NCBI GenBank assembly: GCA_905250115.1 | Contig: CAJNOI010000034.1 | Location: 210,810 to 241,187, forward strand | DNA: 30,378 bases | Direction: 5' to 3' | DNA from: Adineta steineri | Taxonomy: Eukaryota | Shown: in pieces, positions 10,418 to 19,799 of the stretch | Layout: every line of letters starts with the position of its first letter | How positions within the stretch are numbered: the stretch's first letter is position 1 | Notes under the pieces: generated by a model | Told to the model about the DNA's origin: nothing | What the model saw: only the letters and a program-made list of their open reading frames with translations | The model's database searches: none | Position numbers and translations under genes: made by a program

Positions 10418-10504
10418 CATTTATTAATTGTTCAATTTCATATCGTAATAAATTTTCATGTTCATGTATATGATCAATACAAAGTAATAGATGACAATGT
10501 GGAC
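10418..10504 (-). CDS. Cys/His-cluster protein exon 2 (CPHCHLLLCIDHIHEHENLLRYEIEQLIN)
   Basis: Acceptor atttag, donor GTAAAA; completes a C-x6-C-x10-C-x8-C-x2-C-x4-C ... H-x-H-x-H cluster. Confidence 0.6.
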
Positions 10505-10554
10505 CTAAATATATAAATCAAATATAAATCCAAAAAAAAACAAACAAATCTTAC

Positions 10555-10711
10555 AAGAAACATAAAGATTTCTTGAACATGTTAATAAACCATTTTCATT
10601 TCTATGTTGACATTTAACTGATATTGTTTGACAGATACCAGAAAAATAAAGTGATGATGCTTGATCATCCGCTGCTTGTTGTGTTGCAGCCATATGTGTA
10701 CCGGCTGCCAT
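10555..10711 (-). CDS. Cys/His-cluster protein exon 1 (MAAGTHMAATQQAADDQASSLYFSGICQTISVKCQHRNENGLLTCSRNLYVS)
   Basis: ATG at 10711; donor GTAAGA; phase 1. Confidence 0.6.
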
Positions 10712-12242
10712 TTTATTCGAAGACACAAAAGAATATATTTTTGAATATTTAACTTTAGATTTTTGAATGAATTAAAATGCAGAAAAGAAAAGAAAATAAA
10801 ATAAATAAAAATTTGATGATAAGTCTTAATCTTGATTTTGTTTGCTTTTTTTGGATTATTCAATTGAAAAATATGAACAAGAAAATAAAATGACAATGTT
10901 TTTATATTAGGCTTGACAAGACAATCTAAAGGCAATAAACAATATGTATAATTGATGATCTTTTGACAAAAGAAATTCCAGCTGATCCAACTTGATTATC
11001 CATATTTTACACAGCAAATGTTAAGGATCAACAGCCATAATGATTAATATTGATATTCATTATGTGTAGAGGTCCTTTATATATTTTTTTGCAAACGATA
11101 CTAGTGACATCATTATAACACTTAATATTAAATTAATTATTTTAAAATAAAAGTTATTTTTTTAAAATACATTCGAAATTATTGGTTTAATTTTTGATAG
11201 ATAAAAAAAATTTATTCGATACAAGACAGATGATGAATCATCCACACAATGTTGTATCCAACCAACCACACCTTTAAGTCAAGTCTATAGCCTAGTGGTG
11301 TGTATCTGAAGAATAATCGCAACACATCAATTGTTGCTAAAAGAAAAATCTTCTAAGACTGTCTATATAAATTTTTATGAAAATATAAATCCTACAGTGT
11401 CAGTTCTGTGAATATCTATATTTTTTATAGCGAGTTGTACTAATTTTTGAGATTAGAATTAAAATAAAACAACTAGAATTTTATCATGAATTAAATCGAA
11501 CAAACAATACTGTAGTTATTGATGTACACTATAACTCTGGAAAAAAATTTTTTACTCAAAAATAAAATATTTTATCCCACACAACACTTTTGTCAACACT
11601 AAAAAGCTACATCGTAATAGTAATTGATATATTAAGATCGCACATATCTACATTAATCATAGAAAATATCCATTTGTTCCTTTTTCTATTTTGACTGTAC
11701 AATAACATACCACAATACGTCATTTATTTATCTAAAAAAAAGTAATGAACATCCTCTTCGACTAAGTATGTCGCCCATATTTCATTTTTTTTTTCAAAAT
11801 GATACTATTCATAATAATTAATTTAACTTTATTTTGTTTTTTAATATAAATTTATAATATCTATCAAAGGGTTGAACTGTGATATTTATTTGAATGTGTA
11901 TGTGTGCAAATAACTTGTATATAATTCGTTATTTTTCATTTGAAATCATTACAACAAAAAAAAGAGGGTTCAACAAATCAATGTTGCTAATATTCTTTTG
12001 TTTGATTATGATTGCTGACAATATATAATTATGTGTAAAGGGTCAAAGAAAAAAAGGTAATTATGAACGAAAATGAGAAAATCAAGAACAAATAATAAAA
12101 TTGAAATCGATCTCTGATCGTTAAATGTGTTTTGTTTTGTATGTCACCAGAATCGATAAATACAAAATAAAATAGAACTAAAATAATAATAATAATATTG
12201 TTTATTGTTATTGTCGAACGAGATATATATTTATTTATTTAT

Positions 12243-12323
12243 TTATTTGAATAAACGAGCACGTAATTGTTTAATACCATCTAATTTACGTTTCATATTA
12301 TTTAATTCGTAACGATTTTTTAA
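12243..12323 (-). CDS. Small protein gene exon 4 (LKNRYELNNMKRKLDGIKQLRARLFK*)
   Basis: Acceptor ttctattttag; stop TAA at 12243-12245. Confidence 0.5.
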   Translation of the reverse strand, partial: LKNRYELNNMKRKLDGIKQLRARLFK

Positions 12324-12385
12324 CTAAAATAGAAATAATTCTTATTATTATAAGAAACAAATAAAAATAATTGATTTTAACTAAC

Positions 12386-12517
12386 AGCATCTGCTTCCAT
12401 TTGATAAAATCTAGATGCAACACCATCTGAATTAAGAAGAAATTCACGATTGATGTCACTTCGTTCACGAATATCATAAATTTTATCAGCACATTCATCA
12501 TTCATACGTAAAAATTC
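12386..12517 (-). pseudogene. Small protein gene exon 3 with an apparent 1-nt frameshift in an A3T3 run (rev-comp of plus 12478-12483): upstream part reads KEFLRMNDECADK, protein-like continuation IYDIRERSDINREFLLNSDGVASRFYQMEADA is in the +1 frame
   Basis: Acceptor tttttaaag; donor GTTAGT at 12385; the +1 frame ends exactly at the donor and joins exon 4 in phase; as assembled, the frame gives hydrophobic low-complexity read-through. Confidence 0.45.
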
Positions 12518-12575
12518 TCTTTAAAAAGAAAAAATAATAAATCGATTTATTTATTAGTAAATAATTTTCTCTTAC

Positions 12576-12694
12576 TTTCCAGCTTCTGTTTGATCTTCAC
12601 ATCTCCATGCTGATGGTTTATGATCAACTTTCTTACCTAATGTATTATATTGTGATCCAACTTCATTCACATGATTTTTTTCAAGCCATGCATA
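12576..12694 (-). CDS. Small protein gene exon 2 (YAWLEKNHVNEVGSQYNTLGKKVDHKPSAWRCEDQTEAG)
   Basis: Acceptor atttatttag, donor GTAAGA; phase 0 in, 2 out. Confidence 0.6.
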
Positions 12695-12747
12695 CTAAAT
12701 AAATATAAATTAAGAAAGAGAAGAAAAACTACTTTTTTTTGTCTTAC

Positions 12748-12900
12748 TCGATTTTGATAACGATCACGAAATTCTGCTCGTTCACTTCCACCAACTGATG
12801 AATTTAAATCTAAATAATTTGATGGAGTTGGATGACGATGATTACGATTAGAAGTCGAGGATAATGATGAATGATGTAAAGAATCGTAAGATGAACGCAT
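12748..12900 (-). CDS. Small protein gene exon 1 (MRSSYDSLHHSSLSSTSNRNHRHPTPSNYLDLNSSVGGSERAEFRDRYQNR)
   Basis: True ATG at 12900; donor GTAAGA; phase 0. Confidence 0.6.
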
Positions 12901-12949
12901 CTTTTATGATAATTTCTGTACTGATATTTCTACAACATTATTGTTTAAG

Positions 12950-12971
12950 ATATATATATATATATATATAA
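12950..12971. repeat. (TA)n microsatellite, about 50 nt upstream of the ATG at 12900 on the minus strand
   Basis: tatatatatatatatatata. Confidence 0.9.
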
Positions 12972-13210
12972 GTATAATTACTACATAATAGACTCCGAAA
13001 AGAAAGAGAAAAGAAGAAAAGATAATGAATAAGATGAACACGAGTGATTGATTGAGCGAGAGCAGTCGTTCTATTGTTATCACACATTTGTATACAAAAA
13101 AACTGATTATTTATATAGATTACATTATGTATGGAATTTTCTTTATCTCTCATTCAAATAATCTTTTAACCTAAGCTTATAGTCAATAGTTGTTTTCGAG
13201 AAACTCTTTT

Positions 13211-13240
13211 TTTTTGGGTCTCTCTCTTTCTCTCTTGACT
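13211..13240. repeat. (CT)n-like microsatellite
   Basis: gtctctctctttctctctct. Confidence 0.7.
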
Positions 13241-13521
13241 TGTGTTTCCTATTAAATACCAGCACGATCACAAAGACAACGACGATAGCTTTTACGTTGT
13301 TTTGGGACTTTTTCTCCCTTTTTTTATCTCTCGCTATTTAGTTCTTAATATTACCGTCCGACAAAAAGATCGACAAGCTTCATTATCCCAAAGAACATGT
13401 ACAAAAAAAAGAAGAAGAAAAAATGCAGTAACGTTTCCTCTGATCTTTTCGGGCATGCATGCTAAAGACAAATAACAACATCAACAAAAAAAAACGACGA
13501 CAACGGGTGGGAAGAAGGATA

Positions 13522-13556
13522 GTGTGTGTGTGTGTGCGTATGTATGTGTACGTATT
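13522..13556. repeat. (GT)n microsatellite, imperfect
   Basis: gtgtgtgtgtgtgtgtgcgtatgtatgtgtacgtat. Confidence 0.85.
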
Positions 13557-14992
13557 TGTAGTTCTGAAAAATACGGAGACAATTTTCTTATTCTCTCTCT
13601 AATTCTGTCGTCTCTTCTTCCTCGTTCTTGCTTTATATACAGCAGCAATATCCACTGATGATTGGAAAGTCGGTTGTTATATATTCTTGCCTCACGGCCA
13701 GATAGGCGACGACTAAATAATAACAACAGTAGCAAGAAAAAGAGAAAAAAAAGGAACTTTGAATGGTACATCCCGACATAAATAAGACTGTGTACTATAC
13801 TTAGTAAATGATGTTTATCTTGTATTTTTCGTTAAATATAAAGAAAACAAAAATTCTTTCAAATGAAAAGCTAAACGTCAAAATATTTAACCGTGCGTTA
13901 AATAGATTTATTCATTATAAAGATGATTGTAATATGGACAGTTATTATCAGACATACACTCTTCTTTTCGTCAGATACCATCCAAGGGTACCTTATCTTT
14001 CTAACGAGTAGGAGTATCAATACGAACGTAGGCGAATATTTGCATTCTTTAAAATAGATCTTTGTATGATATTATAGTGATAGAAACATATATTCTAAAC
14101 GCGTTACATTGTAATGTTATTATTATTATGACTGAATTATCGTTATGTTACATAACGACATTTAGCTTTGCTTTTTTCACAAGAGGAGGTTATCTATTCA
14201 TAATAACAAATCAATCTACTTTTTCGAATTTCATAAGATTGTTATTTTTTTGGTGTTACAATATTCATTGATTCGATTCGATTCCGGTAGACACCAAATT
14301 TTTAGTTCGAAACGATACTTTTTCTTTAGATTGGATAAATTGTTCATTTGTTTATCTCTTCTAACCTTTCAGAATGATAATATATAAGTGTCAAATATCT
14401 TTATAATTTTAAGATAAACTAATAGTTTATCTTATTTGAGTATTAATGAACATATTATTAAGTATAAATAGAAAACAAGATTGATATGAATATGTTTAGT
14501 AATATTTTTCTTACATTTTAAAATGATTTTTACTTGATCGAAATTGTCAGATCATAGTGTTATATCATATCATATATACTTCTTTTAACAAGGTCAAAAC
14601 TATATTCCTTGACTAGAACTAATTATCTGATATTAGACAAGAAGGAAAAGTCATTTACACGGTGAAAGGAATTTGTTCAAATTATTATCATTAAGATTTA
14701 TTAATCTTACTGCTTTATTCTAAATTATGATTGATATTTTTATAAATGTAATGCTCCTTAACCCTTTGACTCCTTACAGTGCATATGTGTCCCAATATAT
14801 TTATGAACAGAGGTTGACGGCATGTATTGAAAAAGTATATTGATGAATTTATAAAATCATATGTTAAAGAATATATTTATTATGCATATTTCTGTTAGTA
14901 AAACAAGAAATAAAATTTTATACAAGTCATAAATTTTGTCAATGAATTATAATTTGATTTTACAGACAGAGAACAATTGTCATCTAAGGAAG

Positions 14993-15020
14993 ATAATGAG
15001 GAGGAAGAAGAAGAAGAAGA
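14993..15020. repeat. (GAA)n microsatellite
   Basis: gaggaggaagaagaagaagaagaataag. Confidence 0.8.
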
Positions 15021-15257
15021 ATAAGTCACTAAATCACACTGTCATGGATAACAAATAAAGAAGAGTATTGAACACACCAGAAAAATATACATAGCGAATA
15101 AAAAAATATAGAATATTTATCAGACAAATTTACAAAAAAAGAAAAGAAAAGAAAAGAAAAATCATTTATTATTGTTAGTCATATGCATGAAAATCATTAT
15201 AGGTTCATTCAGATGGACGGCGAGAATAAAAAATGGAATCACCGGAAGAAAGAAAAA

Positions 15258-15766
15258 TTACTTTAATGCGTTAGATAAACTTCTTGGTAGAGCTTTTTGT
15301 TGTTGTTGAATACTATTCGATCTATTTAAACCTATATTATCATCAGTTCGTGTTGATAAACGACTTAAATAATAAGGACGTTGATTTAATTCTCCATAAT
15401 GTGGTTGATTCTTCACAATACCATTATGATATTGTTCTTGATCAAATATTCGTCTTCGATATTCATCTTTAACACGTTCTGATTGAGAATAAAGTTTTTC
15501 AAATATTAATTGTAAATCATTTGGTCGAAATAATTTTATCAAAAGAGCTTCCATAACAATATATACAAATCGACGATTAAGTGTTTCATTTTGTAATAAT
15601 TCAAATAAACGTAATAAACCACGACGAGTTGTTTCACTACCAATTATATGACGAAGTTCGTCTAAAAATAATCTCATTATATATTTTTGAAACACTCTTG
15701 ATAGGAACAAGATGGAGGAAGGCAATAAAGGCACATCGGAACTTATATAGAAAAAGAATATTCTAA
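15258..15766 (-). CDS. Sorting nexin (PXA-RGS-PX-PXC family) last exon: Nexin-C domain, stop at 15258
   Basis: Acceptor tttgattag (phase 1, matches the upstream donor); ...LLPSSILFLSRVFQKYIMRLFLDELRHIIGSETTRRGLLRLFELLQNETLNRRFVYIVMEALLIKLF... Confidence 0.75.
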
Positions 15767-15826
15767 CTAATCAAAAATACAAAGTGAATAAATCCATTAG
15801 TATAAGATTTTTCCTTAGCTATTTAC

Positions 15827-15939
15827 CTGAAACGATCCCGAGTAATTTTGCTTTGCATAATACTTGAGTAACATTACGAACATCTTGATCACGTTCAGAT
15901 GGTTTATCAGCTAAAATACCATTTGGCCAAAAACCATCT
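15827..15939 (-). CDS. Sorting nexin exon (DGFWPNGILADKPSERDQDVRNVTQVLCKAKLLGIVS)
   Basis: Acceptor ttttctag, donor GTAAAT; phase 2 in, 1 out. Confidence 0.7.
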
Positions 15940-15989
15940 CTAGAAAATATTAGGATTAATTAATATGTAATATAACTTTTTTCGCATAC

Positions 15990-16258
15990 ATAAATCGTGA
16001 AATTTCTTTTGCAATTTTTTTTGCTGATGTCCAATGTTGAACAAATGTTGCAATTCGTCTAATAAATAAATAAATATATACCAAATTTTCTTTCTTATTG
16101 GATATATCATACCGATTAACAGAATCACCCATAAATGCTCTTAAAAATCGTTTTAAAATTGATACAAATCTCGAACGAAACCACATATTTTTTTGTTTAA
16201 GATCAAATACTTCATCCATGATAACAAGTAGTACACGAAGTGGAATATTTTTTGAATT
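15990..16258 (-). CDS. Sorting nexin exon (Nexin-C region)
   Basis: Acceptor tataatag after in-frame stop; donor GTATGC; 89 codons plus 2. Confidence 0.65.
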
Positions 16259-16313
16259 CTATTATATTCATAAACATAATAATAATAATATAAATCATTT
16301 TAATTTGTCTTAC

Positions 16314-16529
16314 TTCAGCTTGAGTTTCTTCAACAAGAGAAAATGTTTGTGTATCTTTACTTAAATTAACATTTATTCGATTATTATTATTATTTGTATT
16401 TGTTCGAAAAATTTTTCCAGCATTTTCAACAACACTATCTGATACAATTGTTAATCCACCACCTATTTTTGATACACTTTTAGCAATACCAATTGAAGCT
16501 TGTTTAAATGGATTAACAAGTGTATCGAC
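16314..16529 (-). CDS. Sorting nexin exon (72 codons, VDTLVNPFKQASIGIAKSVSKIGGGLTIVSDSVVENAGKIF...)
   Basis: Acceptor tatag, donor GTAAGA; phase 0/0. Confidence 0.65.
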
Positions 16530-16803
16530 CTATACAAATACAAATAAGAACGATTAATATAAATAACAACTAAAAAATATATATTTGTGTAAATGTATAC
16601 AAAAAGCAGGAGAAAAAAAATATTTCTTAATATTTTGGTGCAAAAAGGAATGCTAGTGATATTAAAAATACTATAGAAAACAACAAACCGTAGAAGTGAA
16701 AAAGTCCTACAAAGTAAAATTAAACTATAAATATTCATTGATCAATTTTACATTTATAGAAATTGATGATAGTCAAGGAGAAGAATAAGATTATTACTTA
16801 ACT

Positions 16804-16850
16804 CTGAGGGTGAGTGTGGATTCATTTTTTATTTACCTTCACACCCTCAG
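16804..16850. other. GC-rich perfect 9-bp inverted repeat (CTGAGGGTG ... CACCCTCAG) with a 29-nt loop inside a 369-nt sorting-nexin intron; possible intronic hairpin RNA
   Basis: Seen directly; local GC content far above the surrounding AT-rich intron. Confidence 0.4.
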
Positions 16851-16898
16851 TACTTTTTAAGAATGACTAGTAGTATTGATAAGAACCGTATATTTTAC

Positions 16899-17009
16899 CT
16901 TTCGAGTTAATTCTGTTTGTTCATGTTTCCATTGTTGATTTCGTAAAAATTTCAATAAAAGTTCACCCAGACCAGGATTATTATGAAGAACTTTAGGTTT
17001 TGATAAAGT
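16899..17009 (-). CDS. Sorting nexin exon, C-terminal end of PX domain (TLSKPKVLHNNPGLGELLLKFLRNQQW...)
   Basis: Acceptor ttattatctag, donor GTAAAA; phase 0/0. Confidence 0.7.
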
Positions 17010-17064
17010 CTAGATAATAAAAATCAATTTAAACAATAATCATAAGAATAATAATAGAACTTAC

Positions 17065-17327
17065 TATTAAATAATCATTTAATTCTTTTTGTCGTTTTAA
17101 ACGTACATCCGGACTTGTATTATTAATAAAACTTTTATTTGGTAAATAAATCAAATCTTTTAATGCAGGAAAACGTTTTTTTATTGTCATATGCAGATCA
17201 TTAAATTCACTATAACGACGATACGTTATCCATTCACGTTTTTGTTCATCATTATTGAAATGTAATGGTTTACAAGATACAGATATCACATAAATTGCAT
17301 ATTTAGTACCGTTGTCAGTACATACAC
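17065..17327 (-). CDS. Sorting nexin exon: PX (phox) domain core (KYAIYVISVSC...WITYRRYSEFNDLHMTIKKRFP...LPNKSF...RLKRQKELNDYLI)
   Basis: Classic PX motifs; acceptor tcttgtaag, donor GTAAGT. Confidence 0.9.
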
Positions 17328-17379
17328 CTTACAAGAAAAGATTTGTATCTATTAATTAAATTAATAAATTTAAATTTAC

Positions 17380-17547
17380 CAGATTCATTAATTTCAGTTG
17401 TAATTATATAATTTTCAATATTATCAAGTACATCAGGCACCATTGCAGTTGTACTACCTGTACTTGTTCCAGGACTTGACTGTTGTGTTTCAGTTATTAT
17501 ATCGTTTAATATTTCATTACTATTATTACTTGATAAAGATACACCAT
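17380..17547 (-). CDS. Sorting nexin exon (Ser/Thr-rich linker before PX)
   Basis: Acceptor attaataaag, donor GTAAAT; phase 1/1; joins the PX exon in frame. Confidence 0.65.
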
Positions 17548-17602
17548 CTTTATTAATAAAAATATTTATTTTTTATTTTGTTTTTAATCAGAATTAACTA
17601 AC

Positions 17603-17714
17603 CTGAATTATCAGTTAAGGAATCATTAAATTCAATTTCACTTAAAATTCGTAAATATTGAGGTGTTGTTTTAAATTGTACATAATATTTATCAGATGAA
17701 AGTATTTCAAAAAC
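17603..17714 (-). CDS. Sorting nexin exon, RGS domain C-terminal part (VFEILSSDKYYVQFKTTPQYLRILSEIEF...)
   Basis: Acceptor ttttcaaag, donor GTTAGT. Confidence 0.7.
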
Positions 17715-17764
17715 CTTTGAAAATATAATTTGATTAGAGACAAAACAAAGACAAAAAAATTTAC

Positions 17765-17869
17765 TTTTGTTTGAAGTTCATCCAATAATGTTTCATCGAT
17801 TGTTTCAGTTTGTAAAACTTTTAAAGTTTTATTTATTAGATTTTCATCAATTGGTAATTTAAAGTTTCC
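17765..17869 (-). CDS. Sorting nexin exon, RGS domain
   Basis: Acceptor ctttttttag, donor GTAAAT; 35 codons. Confidence 0.65.
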
Positions 17870-18080
17870 CTAAAAAAAGATTTTATTCAAGTTAAAAATT
17901 AAGATTAACTATTATATAAATTAGTAAATTATTCAATTAGAGGAAATCAAAAGATTTGTATCGATAGTATTTGCTTTTATCTTACTGATGAATATACGTT
18001 ACTCTAGTTACATTCGTCTCTTACTTCTAATTCATGCAAATTAAACTGAAAAGAATATAAGTAGATCAAAGAATTCATAC

Positions 18081-18209
18081 TGTTGGAAGAAAATATTGTT
18101 CAATAAGATCATTAGCCATATTTCGTAATATTTCTTGATTCGTTTGTCGTTGTTCATCAGTTAAACTTGCATTTTGTTGAAATGCTGTAATACCAGCACA
18201 TCGAAATGC
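18081..18209 (-). CDS. Sorting nexin exon, RGS domain (AFRCAGITAFQQNASLTDEQRQTNQEILRNMANDLIEQYFLPT)
   Basis: Acceptor atatttag, donor GTATGA; 43 codons. Confidence 0.65.
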
Positions 18210-18257
18210 CTAAATATTCAATAAATATTTATTTTATTATTCATTTTTCTTTCATAC

Positions 18258-18313
18258 TTCTGCATTCAAATAAAAATTTCCATAACCAACAGCATCAACT
18301 GATTGAAGAAATT
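18258..18313 (-). CDS. Sorting nexin exon, RGS domain (FLQSVDAVGYGNFYLNAE)
   Basis: Acceptor ttttttgtag, donor GTATGA. Confidence 0.6.
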
Positions 18314-18362
18314 CTACAAAAAATCATTCATAATTTCAATATTAAATCTTTTCAGATCTTAC

Positions 18363-18453
18363 TCAAAAAATAATCCAAACCATTACAATTATTTAATATT
18401 TCTGTCAATGGTAATTCTCGATAAGATGCTTTTGGTAATATATCATCATCATC
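18363..18453 (-). CDS. Sorting nexin exon, RGS domain start (DDDDILPKASYRELPLTEILNNCNGLDYFL)
   Basis: RGS-like L..IL....L.YF motif; acceptor ctcctatag, donor GTAAGA. Confidence 0.7.
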
Positions 18454-18502
18454 CTATAGGAGAAAAACATTAAGAAAATCGATTGAAATATAAAATACAA
18501 AC

Positions 18503-18600
18503 ATATATCATTGGTTCTAATCGAGCATGTATTTCTAATTTTTCATTCAGTAATTTTTTTAAATATTGATAACTATTCAATGTTGCACGAATTTCAGCAT
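18503..18600 (-). CDS. Sorting nexin exon (AEIRATLNSYQYLKKLLNEKLEIHARLEPMIY)
   Basis: Acceptor tgttctatttag, donor GTTTGT. Confidence 0.6.
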
Positions 18601-18770
18601 CTAAATAGAACAAATATATAAGGACTATTAAAATTGTTCAATCCGATACTTGTGTAATGATAAATGTTAGAAAGAACCTCAACTAGTGATTATAGCTCTA
18701 CTCTGTAGGAAACGGAAGGTCATAAAAAATTCAGGAATTTTGACAGGCACTGTATAAGAATATCATTTAC

Positions 18771-18912
18771 CATTTTCTCCTCCTGTATCTTTTGATCGCC
18801 ATCGATTTATTTCCATATCAAGTCTGTCATTTAATGTTGTTAATTCAATTTTTGAATCTGTTGTTCGAACGACAAGAAGAAAATTTTCGATTGTTAATGG
18901 AATTTGTTGACA
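18771..18912 (-). CDS. Sorting nexin exon, PXA domain end
   Basis: Acceptor tttatttag, donor GTAAAT; 47 codons plus 1. Confidence 0.65.
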
Positions 18913-18960
18913 CTAAATAAATAAATAATATTGTCATGTGTGTTTTTTGTTTTCTATTAC

Positions 18961-19044
18961 CATTTTTATAATTAATTGATTAATTGCATCTGGATCTGAA
19001 TACATATCAATAAAAGGTATTAAACCTAAATTAACTGCAATTTC
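18961..19044 (-). CDS. Sorting nexin exon, PXA domain
   Basis: Acceptor ttaaatag, donor GTAATA; EIAVNLGLIPFIDMYSDPDAINQLIIKM. Confidence 0.65.
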
Positions 19045-19103
19045 CTATTTAATAATTTTAAAAGAAATTATTTAAATATTTAATAATTTCGAATTTAATT
19101 TAC

Positions 19104-19192
19104 TCGAATAAGTATTCGAGCAGGAATACAACGAAATTCATTTGCAGGTAAGAGTATATAAAGAAGAGATTCAATAATATCTCGAAGAAATT
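19104..19192 (-). CDS. Sorting nexin exon, PXA domain (FLRDIIESLLYILLPANEFRCIPARILIR)
   Basis: Acceptor tttctttttag, donor GTAAAT. Confidence 0.65.
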
Positions 19193-19248
19193 CTAAAAAG
19201 AAATAAAAAATTTATAAACTTGAAAATAATTATGAAAAAAAACTAAAC

Positions 19249-19454
19249 CTTTTTCTTTATCTTTATCCATGCAAACATCATCACGACAAATTCCTCGTTC
19301 ATATTCAGCTTCCAAATCAAAAAAACATGAACGTATATCTGTTGAATGTTCCATACGCATACGTTCTTTAGCTTTTCGATATAATCGAACATGTGTTGCA
19401 AAACTATCAACAATTGTTCCTGTACAAAAATCTAACCAATCAATTTCACGTAAT
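19249..19454 (-). CDS. Sorting nexin exon, PXA domain
   Basis: Acceptor ttttaattag, donor GTTTAG; LREIDWLDFCTGTIVDSFATHVRLYRKAKERMRMEHSTDIRSCFFDLEAEYERGICRDDVCMDKDKEK. Confidence 0.65.
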
Positions 19455-19507
19455 CTAATTAAAACTCAATTAAATACAAATAAAAAACAAAAATGAGAAA
19501 AAACAAC

Positions 19508-19632
19508 CTTTCTGATAAATGACGAATTGTTATATAAATTCCATTTTTGACATCTTTAATAAATAATTCATCGGAACTTATTTGAGTTTTATACCATATT
19601 TCAATATAATCACGAACAAATAAATCAATTAA
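19508..19632 (-). CDS. Sorting nexin exon, PXA domain start (LIDLFVRDYIEIWYKTQISSDELFIKDVKNGIYITIRHLSE)
   Basis: Acceptor tttcttttcgtag, donor GTTGTT. Confidence 0.65.
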
Positions 19633-19683
19633 CTACGAAAAGAAATTTTTACAAATATAATTATTCTATTCACAGAAATTTAC

Positions 19684-19791
19684 TTCATAAAGTGGTTCGT
19701 CAATATCTGTTATACCTGTTAATGGTATACGATCATTGACTGGTTTTGATGATTTCACACGTGATGATGAATTAAATTCATTATCAGTGAT
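19684..19791 (-). CDS. Sorting nexin exon, most 5' resolved (ITDNEFNSSSRVKSSKPVNDRIPLTGITDIDEPLYE); further 5' exons with the start codon and likely TM helices lie unresolved between 19800 and 20900
   Basis: Acceptor gtttttag at 19792; donor GTAAAT; phase 0; a phase-compatible donor CAT|GTAAGT at 20505 marks a possible upstream exon about 20506-20608. Confidence 0.6.
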
Positions 19792-19799
19792 CTAAAAAC

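Noticed and set aside
11270-11330. tRNA-like D-loop motif (TAGCCTAGTGGT) in a slightly GC-richer patch
   Set aside because: Could not fold a cloverleaf (no acceptor or T-arm with a GTTCRANYC box).
13481-13771. Minus ORF of 96 aa (poly-L/F, R-rich)
   Set aside because: Translation of microsatellite-rich intergenic DNA ((GT)n, poly-T); no splice or start context.
13960-14040. SL-RNA-like segment (ACCATCCAAGG|GTACC)
   Set aside because: Only a superficial resemblance to spliced-leader donors; no Sm-site (RAU4-6GR) or stem-loops nearby.
14255-14300. TTCGATTCC T-loop-like motif ending in ACACCA
   Set aside because: No complementary T-stem or acceptor stem; looks like a short gattc repeat.
16463-16738. 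Minus ORF of 91 aa inside the long sorting-nexin intron
   Set aside because: AT-rich low-complexity; no phase-compatible splice sites; flanking exons join directly.
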